Source: Acidobacteriota bacterium
GTDB taxonomy: Bacteria > Acidobacteriota > UBA6911 > JACQSX01
Direction: 5' to 3'
Length of the DNA: 32,150 nucleotides
Assembly (NCBI GenBank): GCA_036507075.1
Contig: DASXQR010000129.1
Span: forward strand, 1 to 32,150
The notes beneath the pieces are model-generated. The model saw only the letters and a program-made list of their open reading frames with translations, had not been told where the DNA came from and did no database searches. Positions within the stretch are counted from its first letter, which is position 1; every line of letters begins with the position of its first letter. The position numbers and the translations under genes were made by a program. Positions 15,791 to 28,345 of the stretch are shown here, in pieces.

Positions 15791-17506
15791 ATGCGCCGAT
15801 CACCACTTCTAATCGCCCTCTTGATTGTTTTCTCTATCCCTGTCCATGGAGGCCGTAGTTCCGAGCTTCGCGGAATATTAAAGGATCAGGAAGGCAATCC
15901 TGTCGCAAATCTCGCGCTCTCTCTGGTTCGAGCCGGCATTCGCCAGACGCTGAAATCCGACCATTTCGGGAGGTTTATCGCCGCCAATCTACAGTCGGGC
16001 AGCTATTCGGTCACGATCGAAAGCCCCCGATTCAAGCCCGTGGGCGAAGCGCCGGTGGTGCGAATCCGTCCCGGCGAAAGAACATTTCTCACCATCGTCC
16101 TGCAGCAGGTTTTCGGCGTCGATGATTCCGCACCGGCGCCCAAGAACTATGATTTGAAGACCATTTTGCGCAGCGCCGCCGACGGGCGTTTGATACTTAG
16201 AAGCATACCCGGGACGTCCGGAACGCCGGTCGAAACTGCAGCGCTTTCGCGAAGCAGCGGGGTAATTGAGATCTACTCGGGCGCCGGCTGGACAGCGGGT
16301 GATTTCACGGTCATCCCCGGCAGTCCGTATTCGGGAATGCTGACCAACTTTGCTTACTCCGAGGATTTAGGGGCAGGCATGAATTATGCGTTTGGGGGAC
16401 AATTCATCGCCGGTGATGACTCGCTCTGGAAGGTGCGTAATTCGATGCGTTATGACCTGGGCCAAAACCAGAGCGTCGAAATGGTGCTCGGCTTCAGCCG
16501 GCTCGCGTTCAACTCACCGCATATGCTGTTTGTCACTAATCCGGCAGCGTTGGGGAAAGACGCTGATTTTATGAACGCGGTTGGAACGGCAAAAACTCTG
16601 GCGCTGGGTTTCAAACACCGCTGGTCTCCTGCAGAGCAGTTTAATCTAGCTTATGGAATGGAAGTCAATCAACTGCGCGCCGCTTCCTCCCAGACTCATT
16701 ACAATCCGACGGTGGAAGCGGGCTGGAAGCCCTGGCGCGGCGGCAATCTCACGGCGCGTGTGCTAAGCAGGCGCTCTTCAAATCAGGACGCTCTGCCATT
16801 GCCTGACGGGAATTTCATCGATGTATCCGAGCCCCTGCAGATCACAAAGGTGGGAGATCGGCTGCAGGTCGGCGGTAGCAGGCATTATGAGCTCGGCGGC
16901 ACTCAGGATCTCGGGTCGATCACCACCGAATTCGCCTACTTTGTGGACCACTCAAACGGCGGCAGTGCCTATATGCTGATGAGCCCGCAGGGAGCCCGCA
17001 ACAGCCTGTACGATCTGATTGCCGGCAGTACTACCGACCGGGGAATTCGGACCGGAGTGCGCACTGGAACCGAGACGGTCACCTACGGCATCGATTACGT
17101 TTATGGTACGGCCCTGGGAGTCGAGCCTGCCACGACGCTGGTTCGTTCCGTCAAAGATGCGATCGGGCGGCATCATTATCACGCCGTGACCGCTACGGTG
17201 CAGGCAAAAATCCCGGCTGTGCACACCGACGTGACCGGTTTGGTGCGTATTGTTCCGGGACGGCCCTTTTCCACCATCGATTTCTTCGGAGATACCTTCA
17301 ATATCTCAAACCAGAGTGTGAATCTTTTTGTGCGTCAGGTCATTCCTTTCCCGGATGTGCTTGGCTTTTCCCCTCGTCTCGAAGCTCTTCTTGATCTAAG
17401 AAACCTCCTCAACCAGGACGTTGGTCTGGTTCATACCGAAGCGGGAGATTTTGTCCTCGTCCGCAATCCACGAACAGTACGGGGCGGTCTGTCACTGAAT
17501 TTTTAA
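15791..17506 (+). CDS. Outer-membrane protein with N-terminal carboxypeptidase-regulatory-like domain and predicted beta-barrel
   Basis: Signal peptide; LRGILKDQEGNPV...SDHFGRF...LQSGSYSVTI motif; amphipathic beta-strand pattern; C-terminal GGLSLNF. Confidence 0.7.
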   Translation: MRRSPLLIALLIVFSIPVHGGRSSELRGILKDQEGNPVANLALSLVRAGIRQTLKSDHFGRFIAANLQSGSYSVTIESPRFKPVGEAPVVRIRPGERTFLTIVLQQVFGVDDSAPAPKNYDLKTILRSAADGRLILRSIPGTSGTPVETAALSRSSGVIEIYSGAGWTAGDFTVIPGSPYSGMLTNFAYSEDLGAGMNYAFGGQFIAGDDSLWKVRNSMRYDLGQNQSVEMVLGFSRLAFNSPHMLFVTNPAALGKDADFMNAVGTAKTLALGFKHRWSPAEQFNLAYGMEVNQLRAASSQTHYNPTVEAGWKPWRGGNLTARVLSRRSSNQDALPLPDGNFIDVSEPLQITKVGDRLQVGGSRHYELGGTQDLGSITTEFAYFVDHSNGGSAYMLMSPQGARNSLYDLIAGSTTDRGIRTGVRTGTETVTYGIDYVYGTALGVEPATTLVRSVKDAIGRHHYHAVTATVQAKIPAVHTDVTGLVRIVPGRPFSTIDFFGDTFNISNQSVNLFVRQVIPFPDVLGFSPRLEALLDLRNLLNQDVGLVHTEAGDFVLVRNPRTVRGGLSLNF

Positions 17507-17650
17507 CAGCCAAGAAACTATCCCCCCATATCCAAATTTTTGAATTCCATCCAACCGGCTGTATAATACTGTTCCGGAAGCACCGTGCGCAAAACGACTA
17601 TGTCATTGAGAGGTCATTGTTTAGGGGGCATGGATCAGGGATTTGGATGG

Positions 17651-17666
17651 TGGCACAAATATTGCT
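17651..17666 (+). promoter_or_regulatory. Sigma54 (-24/-12) promoter
   Basis: TGGCAC-AAATA-TTGCT fits TGGCAC-N5-TTGCW, 25 nt upstream of ATG 17691. Confidence 0.8.
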
Positions 17667-17690
17667 TTTTCTGTGGAACTGGACCACTGG

Positions 17691-20519
17691 ATGGCGCACC
17701 TCTCAGTCAGGCTCAAAATTATTGTGGCGATTGGCGCATCAGTGGCCGTCGTGTATCTGGCCGTACTGAACTTGCATTCCCGCGTCCGATGGCGGGAAAT
17801 TTCCGACGGTGTTGTCTGGACCAGCGCCCCTGAAGGCGTGGTAGCTCGCCTTGTGGAGCCGGAAGGACCGGCAGCAAAGGCGGGAATTGAAAGGGGTGAC
17901 CGGCTTTTGGGGTTAAACGGACGACCGATCCGGGATCTGGATGACTACTATCGCACGCTGGATCGTCTGGCGGCGCCTTCCGAGGCGGTGTATTTAATCA
18001 GGAAGGCCGAAGCCGAGCGGAAAATATCGTATGTAGTCAATCTTCGTTTGCAGAGCCTGCTCGGCCGCACAGATGTTTACCGCGCGCTGCTTGCTTTTGT
18101 TTATCTATCGATCGGAATTCTGATCTTCTTCAGAAACTGGCGAGGCCAGTTTGCGTTCCATTTCTTTCTGGTTTGCCTGCTCTCCTTTGTCCTGTATCTG
18201 TTTCGCTACACAGGCACGGCCGACGCGTTTGATATCTTCACTTACTGGATGTCGTCGACTGCCCTGCTGCTCCTGCCGGCAGTGTTTTTCCATTTCTGTC
18301 TGAATTTTCCGATTGTCAGCACCCGGCTGCCGAGAAGACTGTTCCTGTTTGCCGCTTATGGGAGCGGTGTGAGCCTGCTGGCTACGCATGCGCTCTGGTT
18401 TGCAGGTGTTTTCAACGTGATTGGAATCCCGCGCAACCCGCCGTTTTCCCGTTTCTTCGATCGCATTCACCTGATTTACTTCATCGGGTGGTTTGCGGCC
18501 GCCGCAGGCGTGCTCATCCATTCGCGGCTACGCTCGAGATCGGTTGAACAGCGCCAGCAACTGAAATGGATCGAGCGCGGCACGGTGCTGGCGATTCTTC
18601 CCTTTGCCCTGCTCTACGGAGTGCCTTATCTGATGGGGATCGTGCCCGGCCCGTGGCTCGAATCGTCGATCCTCAGCCTTGCATTGATGCCGATGGGCTT
18701 TGCATACGCCATCGTCAAATACCGGCTGATGGACGTCGACATCATCTTCAAGCAGGGCGCGGCGTACTTTGTTGCCAGTACCGCTCTGCTGGCTGTCTAC
18801 TTCGCGCTGGTGCTTTTTGCGGGCAAGCTGGTCCTGCTTTACGCGCCTGATGCCGGCTTCATCTTCTTTGCTCTGGCCGCTCTCATGGTGGCCTTCCTGT
18901 TTGCTCCGATGCGAAAACGCATCCAGGGCTCGATCGATCGCTTCTTTTATCAGGAGCAGTATGATTATCGCTCCTCCTTTGCTGAGTTCAGCAAAACCCT
19001 CTCTTCGGAAATCAGCCTGGATCGTCTGGCGGCGCGTCTGCTGGAACGATTGCAGAAGACGCTGAGCGTCGATCAGACCGCGCTTTTCATGCGGCAAGAG
19101 GGGGATTGGTACCTGATGCGGTACGCGCTCAATGTGCCGGCCGAAAGGAATGTCTTCAATCTGCAGGAGGAGCTGTTTGGCGCGTGCGATGTCGAATTGA
19201 AGCCTCTTTATCTGACTTTCCGCGATGAAACAGTCCGTCCCGTACGCAGCGCTCTCCAGCAGATGGGCCTCTACTATGTGCAGCCGCTGCGCGTGCGTGA
19301 CCGGGTGATCGCTTTCCTGTCCACCGGCAAACGGCGCGATGGAGAACTGCTCTCGAGCGAGGACCTCGAGTTGTTGCAGACCATTTCCGGCTACGCGGCG
19401 ATTGCGATTGAAAATGCCAGTTTGTACCAGAGAGTGGAAACCAAGGCGCGCGAGCTGGAACAACTTAAGATTTTCAGCGAGAGCATCATTGAAAGCATTC
19501 GCGTCGGAGTGCTGACGGTGGACGCCGCCGGGGTGATCACCAGCGTGAATACGGCCGTGGAGGGTTTGCTCGGATATTCACGGCGGGATTGCCTGGGTAA
19601 AGCGATCAGTTCCATCCTTCCAGGCGGGGTTCTCGACCAGGTGCGCGCCGCTGCCGGAGAAGGTTGGGTTCTGTCCGAGCCGCTCAATTTCTACAAGGTG
19701 GCGGTTTCCGCGTCCGACGGGCAGAAGCGGCTGGTGAACCTTCATTTCGCGCCGTTTGTATCGCGCGATGATGTCGTGGCCGGCACGCTGGTGGTGATGG
19801 ACGACGTAACGCAAAAGGTGAGGCTGGAGGATCAGCTTGTCCAAGCCGAGAAGCTCACCAGCCTGGGGTTGCTGGCCGCCGGGGTGGCCCACGAAGTCAA
19901 TACTCCACTGGCCGGAATTTCCAGTTATACCCAAATGTTGTTGAAGGATGTGCCCAGGGATCACCCGCATTACGAGATTCTGGCCAAAGTCGAGAAGCAA
20001 AGCTTCCGGGCATCGGAAATTGTGAACAATCTGCTCAACTTTGCCAGGCTCAGCGGCAGCGATTTTCAGGAGTTGAACCTCAACCACCTCATGCTGGAGA
20101 CGCTTTCACTGCTCGATCATCAGTTCAAGAACCAGGGAATCGACGTGGCCGCGAATCTGGACCCGACGCTTCCCGAAACTTATGGGAACGGCGGCAAGCT
20201 GCAGCAGGTCTTCATGAACCTGCTGATGAATGCCAAGGATGCAATGCCCGAGGGGGGCCGAATTGAGATTCGCACCGCCCGGGAGGAGAACGGGATTTCG
20301 GTAAGAATCCGGGACACGGGGACAGGCATTGCCCGTGACCACATCAAGAAAATCTACGATCCTTTCTTTACCACCAAAGAGGTGGGAAGTGGGACCGGTC
20401 TGGGGCTATCGATAAGTTATGGGATCATTCAAGAGCATTCAGGAAACATCAGAGTGGAGAGCGAACCTGGTAAAGGCACCGAGTTTACCCTCCAGTTCCC
20501 CGTCCGCAGGATCCACTGA
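17691..20519 (+). CDS. Sensor histidine kinase (PDZ, multi-TM, GAF, PAS, HisKA, HATPase)
   Basis: PDZ GPAAKAGIERGDRLLGLNG; about 9 TM segments; GAF LLSSEDLELL..AAIAIENA; H-box VAHEVNTPL; N-box LQQVFMNLLMNA; DTGTGI, PFFTTK, GTGLGL. Confidence 0.93.
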   Translation: MAHLSVRLKIIVAIGASVAVVYLAVLNLHSRVRWREISDGVVWTSAPEGVVARLVEPEGPAAKAGIERGDRLLGLNGRPIRDLDDYYRTLDRLAAPSEAVYLIRKAEAERKISYVVNLRLQSLLGRTDVYRALLAFVYLSIGILIFFRNWRGQFAFHFFLVCLLSFVLYLFRYTGTADAFDIFTYWMSSTALLLLPAVFFHFCLNFPIVSTRLPRRLFLFAAYGSGVSLLATHALWFAGVFNVIGIPRNPPFSRFFDRIHLIYFIGWFAAAAGVLIHSRLRSRSVEQRQQLKWIERGTVLAILPFALLYGVPYLMGIVPGPWLESSILSLALMPMGFAYAIVKYRLMDVDIIFKQGAAYFVASTALLAVYFALVLFAGKLVLLYAPDAGFIFFALAALMVAFLFAPMRKRIQGSIDRFFYQEQYDYRSSFAEFSKTLSSEISLDRLAARLLERLQKTLSVDQTALFMRQEGDWYLMRYALNVPAERNVFNLQEELFGACDVELKPLYLTFRDETVRPVRSALQQMGLYYVQPLRVRDRVIAFLSTGKRRDGELLSSEDLELLQTISGYAAIAIENASLYQRVETKARELEQLKIFSESIIESIRVGVLTVDAAGVITSVNTAVEGLLGYSRRDCLGKAISSILPGGVLDQVRAAAGEGWVLSEPLNFYKVAVSASDGQKRLVNLHFAPFVSRDDVVAGTLVVMDDVTQKVRLEDQLVQAEKLTSLGLLAAGVAHEVNTPLAGISSYTQMLLKDVPRDHPHYEILAKVEKQSFRASEIVNNLLNFARLSGSDFQELNLNHLMLETLSLLDHQFKNQGIDVAANLDPTLPETYGNGGKLQQVFMNLLMNAKDAMPEGGRIEIRTAREENGISVRIRDTGTGIARDHIKKIYDPFFTTKEVGSGTGLGLSISYGIIQEHSGNIRVESEPGKGTEFTLQFPVRRIH

Positions 20520-20529
20520 GCCGGGGGCA

Positions 20530-21906
20530 ATGCACAGCGGCGAGATTCTCATCATCGATGATGAGGAGATTCTGCGCGAAGTGCTTACCAAGCTGCTCCA
20601 GGACGAGGGATACTCCTGCCAGGTGGCGCGCACCGGTGAAGAAGGCCTGGAAAAAATCCGTGAAGGATTCTTCGATCTGGTGCTGCTGGACCTGATGATG
20701 CCGGGAATCGGCGGAATGAAGACGCTGGAGGAAATTCGCAGAATCGATTCCACCATCGTGGTGCTGATTCTTACCGCCTTTGGCACTATCGAATCCGCCG
20801 TGCAGGCGACGCGCGCCGGGGCCTTCAACTTTCTTACCAAGCCCTTTAAGAACGAAGAGCTGCTGCTGGCCATCCAGAACGGGCTGCAGAAGCGCTCGCT
20901 GCAATTGGAGAATCAGCAACTGCGGCGCACGCTCCGGGAACGCACCGCCTTTGAGAATATTGTGGGCAAGAGTGAAAAGATGCAGCAGGTCTTCGACCTG
21001 ATCGCGCAGGTGGCGCCGCGCCGAAGCACCATTCTGGTGCAGGGGGAAAGCGGGACCGGCAAGGAGCTGGTTGCCAAGGCGATCCACAATTTGAGCCCCC
21101 GCGTCGATGCGCCCTTTGTCGCCGTAAACAGCGGCACCATTCCAATCGAACTGCTCGAGAGCGAGCTGTTTGGACACGTGAAAGGGGCGTTTACCGGCGC
21201 CAGCTACGCCAAGAAGGGTTTATTCGAGGTCGGTAACGGGGGGACGATCTTCCTGGACGAAGTGGGCACCATTCCGCTGGAGACGCAGACCAAACTGCTT
21301 CGGGTGATTCAAGAGCGCGAGTTCCGCCGCGTGGGCGGAATTGACAACATCAAGGTCGATGTAAGAATCATCGCAGCCACCAACACGGACCTTCGCAAGG
21401 GAGTGGAAGAGGGACGCTTCCGCGAAGACCTCTATTACCGGCTCAACGTGATTACCATTCAGTTGCCGCCGCTGCGGGACCGCCGCGTAGATATTCCATT
21501 ACTGGCCGAGTTTTTTATCCGCCGCTACTGCCAGGAGAACGGGCGCGATTACTGCACGCTGGATCCGGATGCGCTGAAGGTGTTTCTGGAGCATGACTGG
21601 CCGGGCAACGTGCGGGAGCTGGAGAACGCCATCGAGCGCGCTGTGGTGCTGGCGCCGGCAGACCGGATTACGGCAGATCTCTTCCCCAGAGAAGTTTTGG
21701 AGTCGGCTGGTTCCATGCCGGACCATTGGGAGCTTCTGGAAGGAGGCGCCAGCCTGAAGGATCTGGTGGCCGATTTTGAGCGCAGCCTGATCAGTTCCGC
21801 GCTCCGAAAGACCGATGGGAATCAAAAAAAAGCCGCGCAATTGCTGCATCTGAACGCCACTACACTGAATGAGAAGTTGAAGCGCCTCAAAATGCGGGCG
21901 CGCTGA
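20530..21906 (+). CDS. Sigma54-dependent response regulator (NtrC/AtoC family)
   Basis: REC ILIIDDE...LLDLMMP...KPF; AAA+ [47 protein letters not shown]; Fis-type HTH. Confidence 0.95.
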   Translation: MHSGEILIIDDEEILREVLTKLLQDEGYSCQVARTGEEGLEKIREGFFDLVLLDLMMPGIGGMKTLEEIRRIDSTIVVLILTAFGTIESAVQATRAGAFNFLTKPFKNEELLLAIQNGLQKRSLQLENQQLRRTLRERTAFENIVGKSEKMQQVFDLIAQVAPRRSTILVQGESGTGKELVAKAIHNLSPRVDAPFVAVNSGTIPIELLESELFGHVKGAFTGASYAKKGLFEVGNGGTIFLDEVGTIPLETQTKLLRVIQEREFRRVGGIDNIKVDVRIIAATNTDLRKGVEEGRFREDLYYRLNVITIQLPPLRDRRVDIPLLAEFFIRRYCQENGRDYCTLDPDALKVFLEHDWPGNVRELENAIERAVVLAPADRITADLFPREVLESAGSMPDHWELLEGGASLKDLVADFERSLISSALRKTDGNQKKAAQLLHLNATTLNEKLKRLKMRAR

Positions 21907-22049
21907 CAAAGGCGAAAGCCGGAACGTCGAAAGCCGAAAGTTCAGTTGGACCTTCCGTCGAAATCTGCTAAGTTTCCCCCCTTGATCTTTGTGCGCTCTG
22001 TACTACTAACCATGAGAATTTTCGCGGCCTGCACAAATTATTTGGGAGC

Positions 22050-22120
22050 GGAGAGACGGCCTGAGGGCCGTCTCAGCTTGGCAGGGCACCGCAGAGAGGC
22101 GGCCCTCAGGCCGTCTCTCC
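22050..22120. repeat. REP doublet (GGAG variant of the 1-74 family)
   Basis: GGAGAGACGGCCTGAGGGCCGTCTC / GAGGCGGCCCTCAGGCCGTCTCTCC; each arm is itself palindromic. Confidence 0.8.
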
Positions 22121-22208
22121 TTGACTTTTGGTTGCGGCTTCGCCGCGCTAAGCCTTTGTAGTTGTTCGAATTTCACCACAAAGACACGAAGGACACAAAG
22201 ACTCCGGA

Positions 22209-23210
22209 TTGACAACAGTGGAAATCCTGAACGAAATTCGCGCGCGCGCCGCACAGCGGTTAAAGAAGATCGTGTTTCCGGAAACCGCCGATCCGCGCGT
22301 AGTTAAAGCCGCCTTCATTCTGGCCAGCGAGAAAATTGTTCAACCCCTGCTGGTCGGCGAGCGCGATAAGATCCATCAGATTGCCGGCGAAGAGGAGGTA
22401 AACATCGCCGGAATTGAAATTAGCGACCCTGATTCGTCGCCCCTGCTCCGCGATTTCTCCCGGCGCTATTATGAAAGAATGCGCGCGCGGGGAGTAACCG
22501 AGTCGGAAGCAATAAGCCAGGCGAAAATGCCGCTTTACTTTGGCGCCCTGATGGTGGCGGCGGGCCTGGCAGACGGATCGGTGGCAGGCGCCATTCATAC
22601 GACTTCTGAAACCGTGCGCGCGGCCTTTCGCTGCATCGGGCTGAAACCAGGGATCTCTGTGGTTTCCAGTTTTTTTCTGATGGCTACGCCCAAAACCGAA
22701 ATGGGAACCAGGGGAGCGTTTATCTACGCCGATTGCGGCGTGGTTCCAAATCCTTCCGCGTCTCAACTGGCCGACATCGCCATTGCCGCATCCGAAAATG
22801 CCCGGATTTTTTTGCAGGACGAGCCGCGTGTGGCTTTGCTGTCCTTCTCCACACGGGGCAGCGCCAGAGATGCGCTCGTCGACAAGGTCATTGAAGCCAC
22901 CCGCACCATAAGAGAACGTCGCCCGGAATTGCAGGTCGACGGCGAGTTGCAGGCGGATGCCGCGATCGTTCCGGCTGTCGCCCGGAGCAAGGCGCCCGAC
23001 AGCACGGTCGCAGGAAGAGCCAATGTTTTGATTTTTCCCGACTTGAATGCCGGCAACATTGCATACAAGTTGACCCAAAGACTGGCAGATGCCGTGGCAA
23101 TCGGTCCCATACTTCAGGGTCTTGCCAGGCCGGCGAACGATCTTTCGCGAGGATGCAGCGTGGAGGATATTATCAACGTAGCCGCCATTACAGCCGTCCA
23201 GGCTCAGTAG
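22209..23210 (+). CDS. pta: Phosphate acetyltransferase (short type)
   Basis: [85 protein letters not shown]. Confidence 0.93.
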   Translation: MTTVEILNEIRARAAQRLKKIVFPETADPRVVKAAFILASEKIVQPLLVGERDKIHQIAGEEEVNIAGIEISDPDSSPLLRDFSRRYYERMRARGVTESEAISQAKMPLYFGALMVAAGLADGSVAGAIHTTSETVRAAFRCIGLKPGISVVSSFFLMATPKTEMGTRGAFIYADCGVVPNPSASQLADIAIAASENARIFLQDEPRVALLSFSTRGSARDALVDKVIEATRTIRERRPELQVDGELQADAAIVPAVARSKAPDSTVAGRANVLIFPDLNAGNIAYKLTQRLADAVAIGPILQGLARPANDLSRGCSVEDIINVAAITAVQAQ

Positions 23211-23290
23211 GGGCGGCCTAACATGGCCGCCCGATTCGGCGATTTAGGTTGGCGGCACGCACGCGGGCGGCCATATTAGGCCGCCCCTAC
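23207..23290. repeat. GTAG REP doublet
   Basis: GTAGGGGCGGCCTAACATGGCCGCCC ... GGGCGGCCATATTAGGCCGCCCCTAC. Confidence 0.9.
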
Positions 23291-23314
23291 AACGCATTTT
23301 TTTCGGAGCAATGA

Positions 23315-24630
<1,316 letters not shown>

Positions 24631-24641
24631 ACAAACCTGTG

Positions 24642-26174
<1,533 letters not shown>

Positions 26175-26187
26175 AGTTCAGATCCAT

Positions 26188-26284
26188 TTTGAATGTGGAA
26201 TGCGGAATGCGGAATGCATCCGAAGTCAAGTCTCCGAGGCTGAAATCGAATCATCACACCCCTATTCCGCATTCCGCATTTGAA
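26188..26284. repeat. Short inverted heptamer array of the GAATGCG family
   Basis: gaatgtggaatgcggaatgcggaatg (from 26191) ... attccgcattccgcatt (26264-26280). Confidence 0.8.
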
Positions 26285-26350
26285 GGGGGCAGTTTGCGGT
26301 CATGCCAGGCTACGCCTCTGTGGTGAAAACTCAGGAATTTCCCTAGATTC

Positions 26351-27394
26351 ATGGATGCTTCCATCGTCATTCCCACCTGGAACGGAGCCGCTCTGCTTCG
26401 AAAGTTTCTGCCTTCTGTAATCGATGAAGCTCAACGCTACATGGAAGATGGTGAAGGGGACCTTGAAATCCTTGTGGTGGATGATGCCAGCCGGGATAAT
26501 ACCGTTGAGATTCTGCGGGGGCTGCCGGTGCAGGTGGTGCAGCGGCGGCAGCAGGGCGGTTTTCCGACCGCGTGCAATAGCGGAATTGCCGCTTCTCGAT
26601 TTCCTTATCTGATACTGCTGAACAACGATGTCTGGATCGCACGCGGGTTTGTAACAGCGATGCTGGAGCCATTCCGCGATCCCGAGGTATTTGCCGTCAC
26701 GGCGCGAGTATTCGAACCCGACACCGGCCTGCTCGCCACATCAGGGAAGGTGGGACGATTTCGCAGGGGATTCTGGTCGGTTTACTTCAATTACGATGTT
26801 CGGCATCCGGAGGACGGAGCCGCGCCTGATCTGCTCTCTGCCTATGCGGTGGGAGGATTCTGCGCTCTCAGATCTCAGCCTGCCAAAGAATGGGGCGGTT
26901 TTGACGAGATGTTTGCCCCCTTCCACTGGGAAGATATCGATCTTTCTTATCGGGCCTGGAAACGTGGATGGAAAGTGGTTTATCAGCCGCGCGCCGTTGC
27001 ATGGCACCGGGCCAGTTCGACCATCAATCGGGAGTTTTGCAGCCGCAAGGTCGAAGTTGTGGCCGTGCGAAATCGGCTGCTGTTTCATTGGAAAAATATC
27101 CACAACGGCGCCTTCGTCTGCCGGCATCTGGCGATGCTGCTGGCTCTGCTGGCGAGTCGCTGGATGGTGGCCGACTGGAGTTTTTACACAGCATTCAGGG
27201 CGGCCCTTCGGAAATGGCCTCAACTGAAGGCTCACCGGGCCGCTGAAAAGTCCGCTGCAGTGCGGTCAGATCGCAGCGTGCGCGACATTTTGCACAATTT
27301 CTCCCTGGGCCGCGCAGTAGATCTGTATCGGAACGAACGGGAAGTAAAAGAAAGCCATCATGAACGTCGCCGCAATCCTGATTACTCGCAATGA
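26351..27394 (+). CDS. Glycosyltransferase family 2 (rhamnosyltransferase-like)
   Basis: SIVIPTWNG, VVDDASRD, GF..ACN.G, LLNND, GGFDE, WEDIDLSYRAW..GW, H..S.T. Confidence 0.92.
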   Translation: MDASIVIPTWNGAALLRKFLPSVIDEAQRYMEDGEGDLEILVVDDASRDNTVEILRGLPVQVVQRRQQGGFPTACNSGIAASRFPYLILLNNDVWIARGFVTAMLEPFRDPEVFAVTARVFEPDTGLLATSGKVGRFRRGFWSVYFNYDVRHPEDGAAPDLLSAYAVGGFCALRSQPAKEWGGFDEMFAPFHWEDIDLSYRAWKRGWKVVYQPRAVAWHRASSTINREFCSRKVEVVAVRNRLLFHWKNIHNGAFVCRHLAMLLALLASRWMVADWSFYTAFRAALRKWPQLKAHRAAEKSAAVRSDRSVRDILHNFSLGRAVDLYRNEREVKESHHERRRNPDYSQ

Positions 27395-28106
27395 GGAGCT
27401 GAACATCGAGGCGGCCGTCCAGAGTGTATCCTGGGCCGCGGAGATTGTGGTGGTCGACGCCTTCAGCACCGATCGGACGCCTGAGCTCTGCCGGCGGCTT
27501 GGAGTACGCTTCTTTCAGAGAGAATGGCAGGGCTATGTAAACCAGAAAAATTTCGCCGTCCAGCAGGCTAATCAAAAGTGGATTTTGAGCCTGGATGCCG
27601 ATGAGCGCGTTACATCCGGCCTGCAGCAGGAGATACTGGCTCTACCGGAGCAGGCACATCAGGGTTACCGCATTCCGCGCCGCACTTTTTTTCTTAACCA
27701 GTGGATCGAACATACCAGTTGGTCGCCGGATTATCAGTTGCGACTTTTTGAAAAATCAAAAGCACGCTGGCAGGGAGGTCGACTTCACGAATCGGTGCGT
27801 GTCGATGGTTCGGTAGGCGTGCTTGAAAACCCCTTGCTGCATTATTCGTATCGATCGGTCAGCGACTTCCTCAAGCGGCTGGATGTTTACTCTCGGCTTT
27901 CTGCCGAAGACTGCCGTGAGCGTGGCGTGCGCGTTAGAGCTTCTCACCTGCTGGCACACCCGGCAGCGGCCTTCCTGCGCAGCTATTTTGCCAAGCGAGG
28001 CTTTCAGGACGGTCTGGCGGGCCTGTCCGTCTCTGTTCTGGCAGCCATCTCGGTATTCTTCCGCTATTTGAAGGTGCTGGAAATGGAACGCCGGGAAAAC
28101 CGATAG
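27360..28106 (+). CDS. Glycosyltransferase family 2 (WaaE/KdtX-like)
   Basis: ITRNEE.NI, VVDAFSTDRT, QKNFA, WILSLDADE, PDYQLRLF, LHE, LLHYSY, GFQDG..G. Confidence 0.92.
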   Translation: MNVAAILITRNEELNIEAAVQSVSWAAEIVVVDAFSTDRTPELCRRLGVRFFQREWQGYVNQKNFAVQQANQKWILSLDADERVTSGLQQEILALPEQAHQGYRIPRRTFFLNQWIEHTSWSPDYQLRLFEKSKARWQGGRLHESVRVDGSVGVLENPLLHYSYRSVSDFLKRLDVYSRLSAEDCRERGVRVRASHLLAHPAAAFLRSYFAKRGFQDGLAGLSVSVLAAISVFFRYLKVLEMERRENR

Positions 28107-28107
28107 G

Positions 28108-28344
28108 TGTCAGTGGTCCGTTGTCCGTAGTCCGTTGTGGTGGTTTACGGGTTTTGGGTTTTCGGGTTGCGAGTTGAACGTTATTGTTTGCGAATTGCGG
28201 ATTCAAAATTGAAAGTGCTTAGACTTGGCAGTCAACGACGATGGATCTTGGATCTTGGATCTGCAATCTAGAAACCCGAAACCCGAAATCTGAAACCCGA
28301 AACCCGGAACCCGACAACGGACTACTGACCACGGACTACGGACA
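28108..28344. repeat. Heptamer-built nested inverted-repeat element, copy B
   Basis: Same arms and core as 1777-2033; fills essentially the whole gap between the stop at 28106 and ATG 28346. Confidence 0.9.
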
Positions 28345-28345
28345 A

